A DNA stretch of 64,000 nt from the human T2T-CHM13v2.0 reference genome, Homo sapiens. Positions 60,779 through 64,000 of this stretch are shown here, in pieces. The DNA lies in the NCBI RefSeq assembly GCF_009914755.1, contig NC_060942.1. One strand, written 5' to 3'. Positions within the stretch are counted from its first letter, which is position 1. Each line of letters starts with the position of its first letter. The notes beneath the pieces are model-generated. The model was not told the origin of the DNA, did not search any database, and worked only from the letters and a program-made list of their open reading frames with translations. A program made the position numbers and the translations under genes.

Positions 60779-61209
60779 TGAGTGATTTTTTTTTTAAAGC
60801 TAAACAGAAAACTTATATTTTCATCAAATTAAATGTATGCTTTTTTTTTTTTTTGGCTTGTGGGGTTGTATTCTGCTTAGAAAGAAGATCTACTTCAACA
60901 ATATGTACTTAAAATTTTCTCACTTTGTTCACAATTTTTCTAGCATTTCCTAACATTTCAATTGCTTCATATTTCTGCCTCAAATTTATTTTGGAATAAG
61001 GCAAGAGTTAAAATATGCTTTTCTTTAAATGGTTAGTGAATTGAACCAACAATGTTTATTGAATAATTACTTTTGTTCCACAGATTTTTGTCACCTAAAA
61101 ATACTTCTTTTTTTTGTTTTTTTGTTTTATTTCTGGACTTTTTAATCTACTCCATTGGTCAGTTAATTGTTGAAGTTTTGGAATCAGTGCTCACTTCTGT
61201 TAGGATTAG

Positions 61210-61899
<690 letters not shown>

Positions 61900-62081
61900 T
61901 ATTCTTTAGTATTTTTCAAAGAACTGGAAATGAATTTCCCAAGGAGTGAATGTCTTTTACTCTTATTGTCTTTTTAAAATTCTTTGTGCATTTGCAATTT
62001 TTTCTTAATGTATTTGAAGAATATGTAATTTAGTCCATAAAGATTTATGATAGGTAAAGCCTCACTTCTTTATCATCATAA

Positions 62082-62510
<429 letters not shown>

Positions 62511-62894
62511 CTCCCTTTTTTCTTTCTGAATAACTTTGTTTCTAACTCTCTTATATATGACATTTAATCTTTTTTTAACCCAATCTGATTTTTTTCTCCT
62601 ATGTATTTACTACATTTATTTTATTTATATGTCATATACTTGATGTTAATTTTTCATCAGAATATATTTATAGTTTTAACACAACCTTTGTTTTGCTTAA
62701 TGATTTCTGTTTGCTTTAAGTGTGTACTTTTCTTTTTGAAACTTGGAAGTCTGGTTGTTTACTTTTAGATCTTCTAGGCTATGGAATTTTTGTTCAAAAT
62801 TTTTTAGCTTATTTACTTTTAAGGAAGACGCAGACAATTTAATGTAGAGGAAGGGTTATTAAATTTTCCTCCACATTTTGCTCTATCTACATCA

Positions 62895-63115
62895 GATCTG
62901 TAAGGGAAAAATAATAAATATTCCTCTTTGCCAGACATACAGTCTTATTGCAACTACATATTTGTCCTATATAGCAAATGCAGCCATAGATAGTAAGAGA
63001 TGAATGGGTGTGGCTGTGTTCCAGTTAAAATTACATGGACAGACACATTGGTATTTCATATGTCAAAACTATTTTTAAATGATTTACAAATGTAAAAACT
63101 AATTTTAGGCTGTAG
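62895..63115. mobile_element. MER58-type hAT relic
   Basis: GCAGCCATAGA...GAATGGGTGTGGCTGTGTTCCA. Confidence 0.75.
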
Positions 63116-63124
63116 TCTAGATTT

Positions 63125-63493
63125 AACTCAGCCCAAAAGCCTGAGAGTCAAGAGAGGCAATAGCGTAAGTTCCTATCCAAAAGTGTGCAAGCTTGACACC
63201 CAAAAACAGCCAATGTCTCAGTTTGAGTCCAAAGGCTGGAAAAGACTGACGTCCCAGCTCAAAGCAGTCAGGTAGGAGGAGCTTCCTTTTACTCAGCGTT
63301 TTTGTTCTATTCAGATCCTCAACTGATTGCATGAGGCCGACCCACATTAGAGAGAACAATCTGCTTTACTTGGTCTATTGATTCACATTTCAGTCTCTTC
63401 CAGAAACATCCTCACAGACACTCCTAGAATGTTTGACCAAATGCCTCAGCACACCCTGGCCCGATCAACTTAACACATAAATTTAACCATCAC
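63125..63493 (-). mobile_element. MLT2-type ERVL LTR
   Basis: GATTGCATGAGGCCGACCCACATTAG...TTAACCATCACA end. Confidence 0.82.
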
Positions 63494-63559
63494 ACGTGGC
63501 AATCTCAGTTTTCTGTTGCCTTACGTCCCTTTGATTTCTTGTTTCATTGAATTCATACA

Positions 63560-63750
63560 CAGATGCTCCTCAACTTACAGTGGGGTTATGTCCTGATAAA
63601 CCCATCATAAGTTGAAAATATTGTATGTAAGTAAAAAGTGCATTAATACACCTAACCTACCAAACATCATCTACGGAATGCGTGTCACTTTTGCGTTACT
63701 GTAAGGTCAAAACATTGCAAGTGAAACCATCATAAATCAGGGACCATCTG
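63560..63750. mobile_element. MER47-type Tigger relic
   Basis: Terminal inverted repeats CAGATGCTCC...GGACCATCTG followed by TA. Confidence 0.78.
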
Positions 63751-64000
63751 TACTTTAAATTTTTTTCCTAGACTACAAAACTTTGGTTTTAGGAATTTTT
63801 CTTCACATTTTAAAGGTGTGTTTCTTTCCAGATAATAGTTTTAATCTTTTGTTCCTTTTTTTTTTTTTTTTGCTATATTTTTGCATTTTCATATACTCCT
63901 CTCCATACTACTCTTTAACATGTGGGGCTCTATCCATGTTTTCTATTTTTGCAGATACAGTGTGGATGAATTTTTATTTATTACTTTTCTTTATTATTTT

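Overview
Human (primate) genomic DNA: the tandem non-muscle myosin regulatory light chain locus MYL12A-MYL12B (human chr18p11.31, recognised from the encoded proteins). The window opens inside MYL12A intron 1 and holds its three coding exons (171 aa). It then contains the CpG-island promoter, non-coding exon 1 and three coding exons of MYL12B (172 aa). The last ~36 kb is repeat-dense, with no intact protein-coding gene visible: many Alus, two long decayed L1s, LTR and DNA-transposon relics, and an RPL39 processed pseudogene with poly(A) and TSD. I see no support for a wholly new biological system. The best leads are: (1) an intronic ATG|GT exon that would add MDLTTT to MYL12A only; (2) near-identity of the two paralogues confined to coding exons, suggesting gene conversion; (3) a shared 17-nt 3'UTR island with a miR-145 seed match; (4) a 12-bp ETS-like tandem repeat in the MYL12B promoter; (5) a 43-bp direct repeat bracketing MYL12B exon 2. 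Repeat subfamily names come from recalled consensus sequences and repeat boundaries are approximate.
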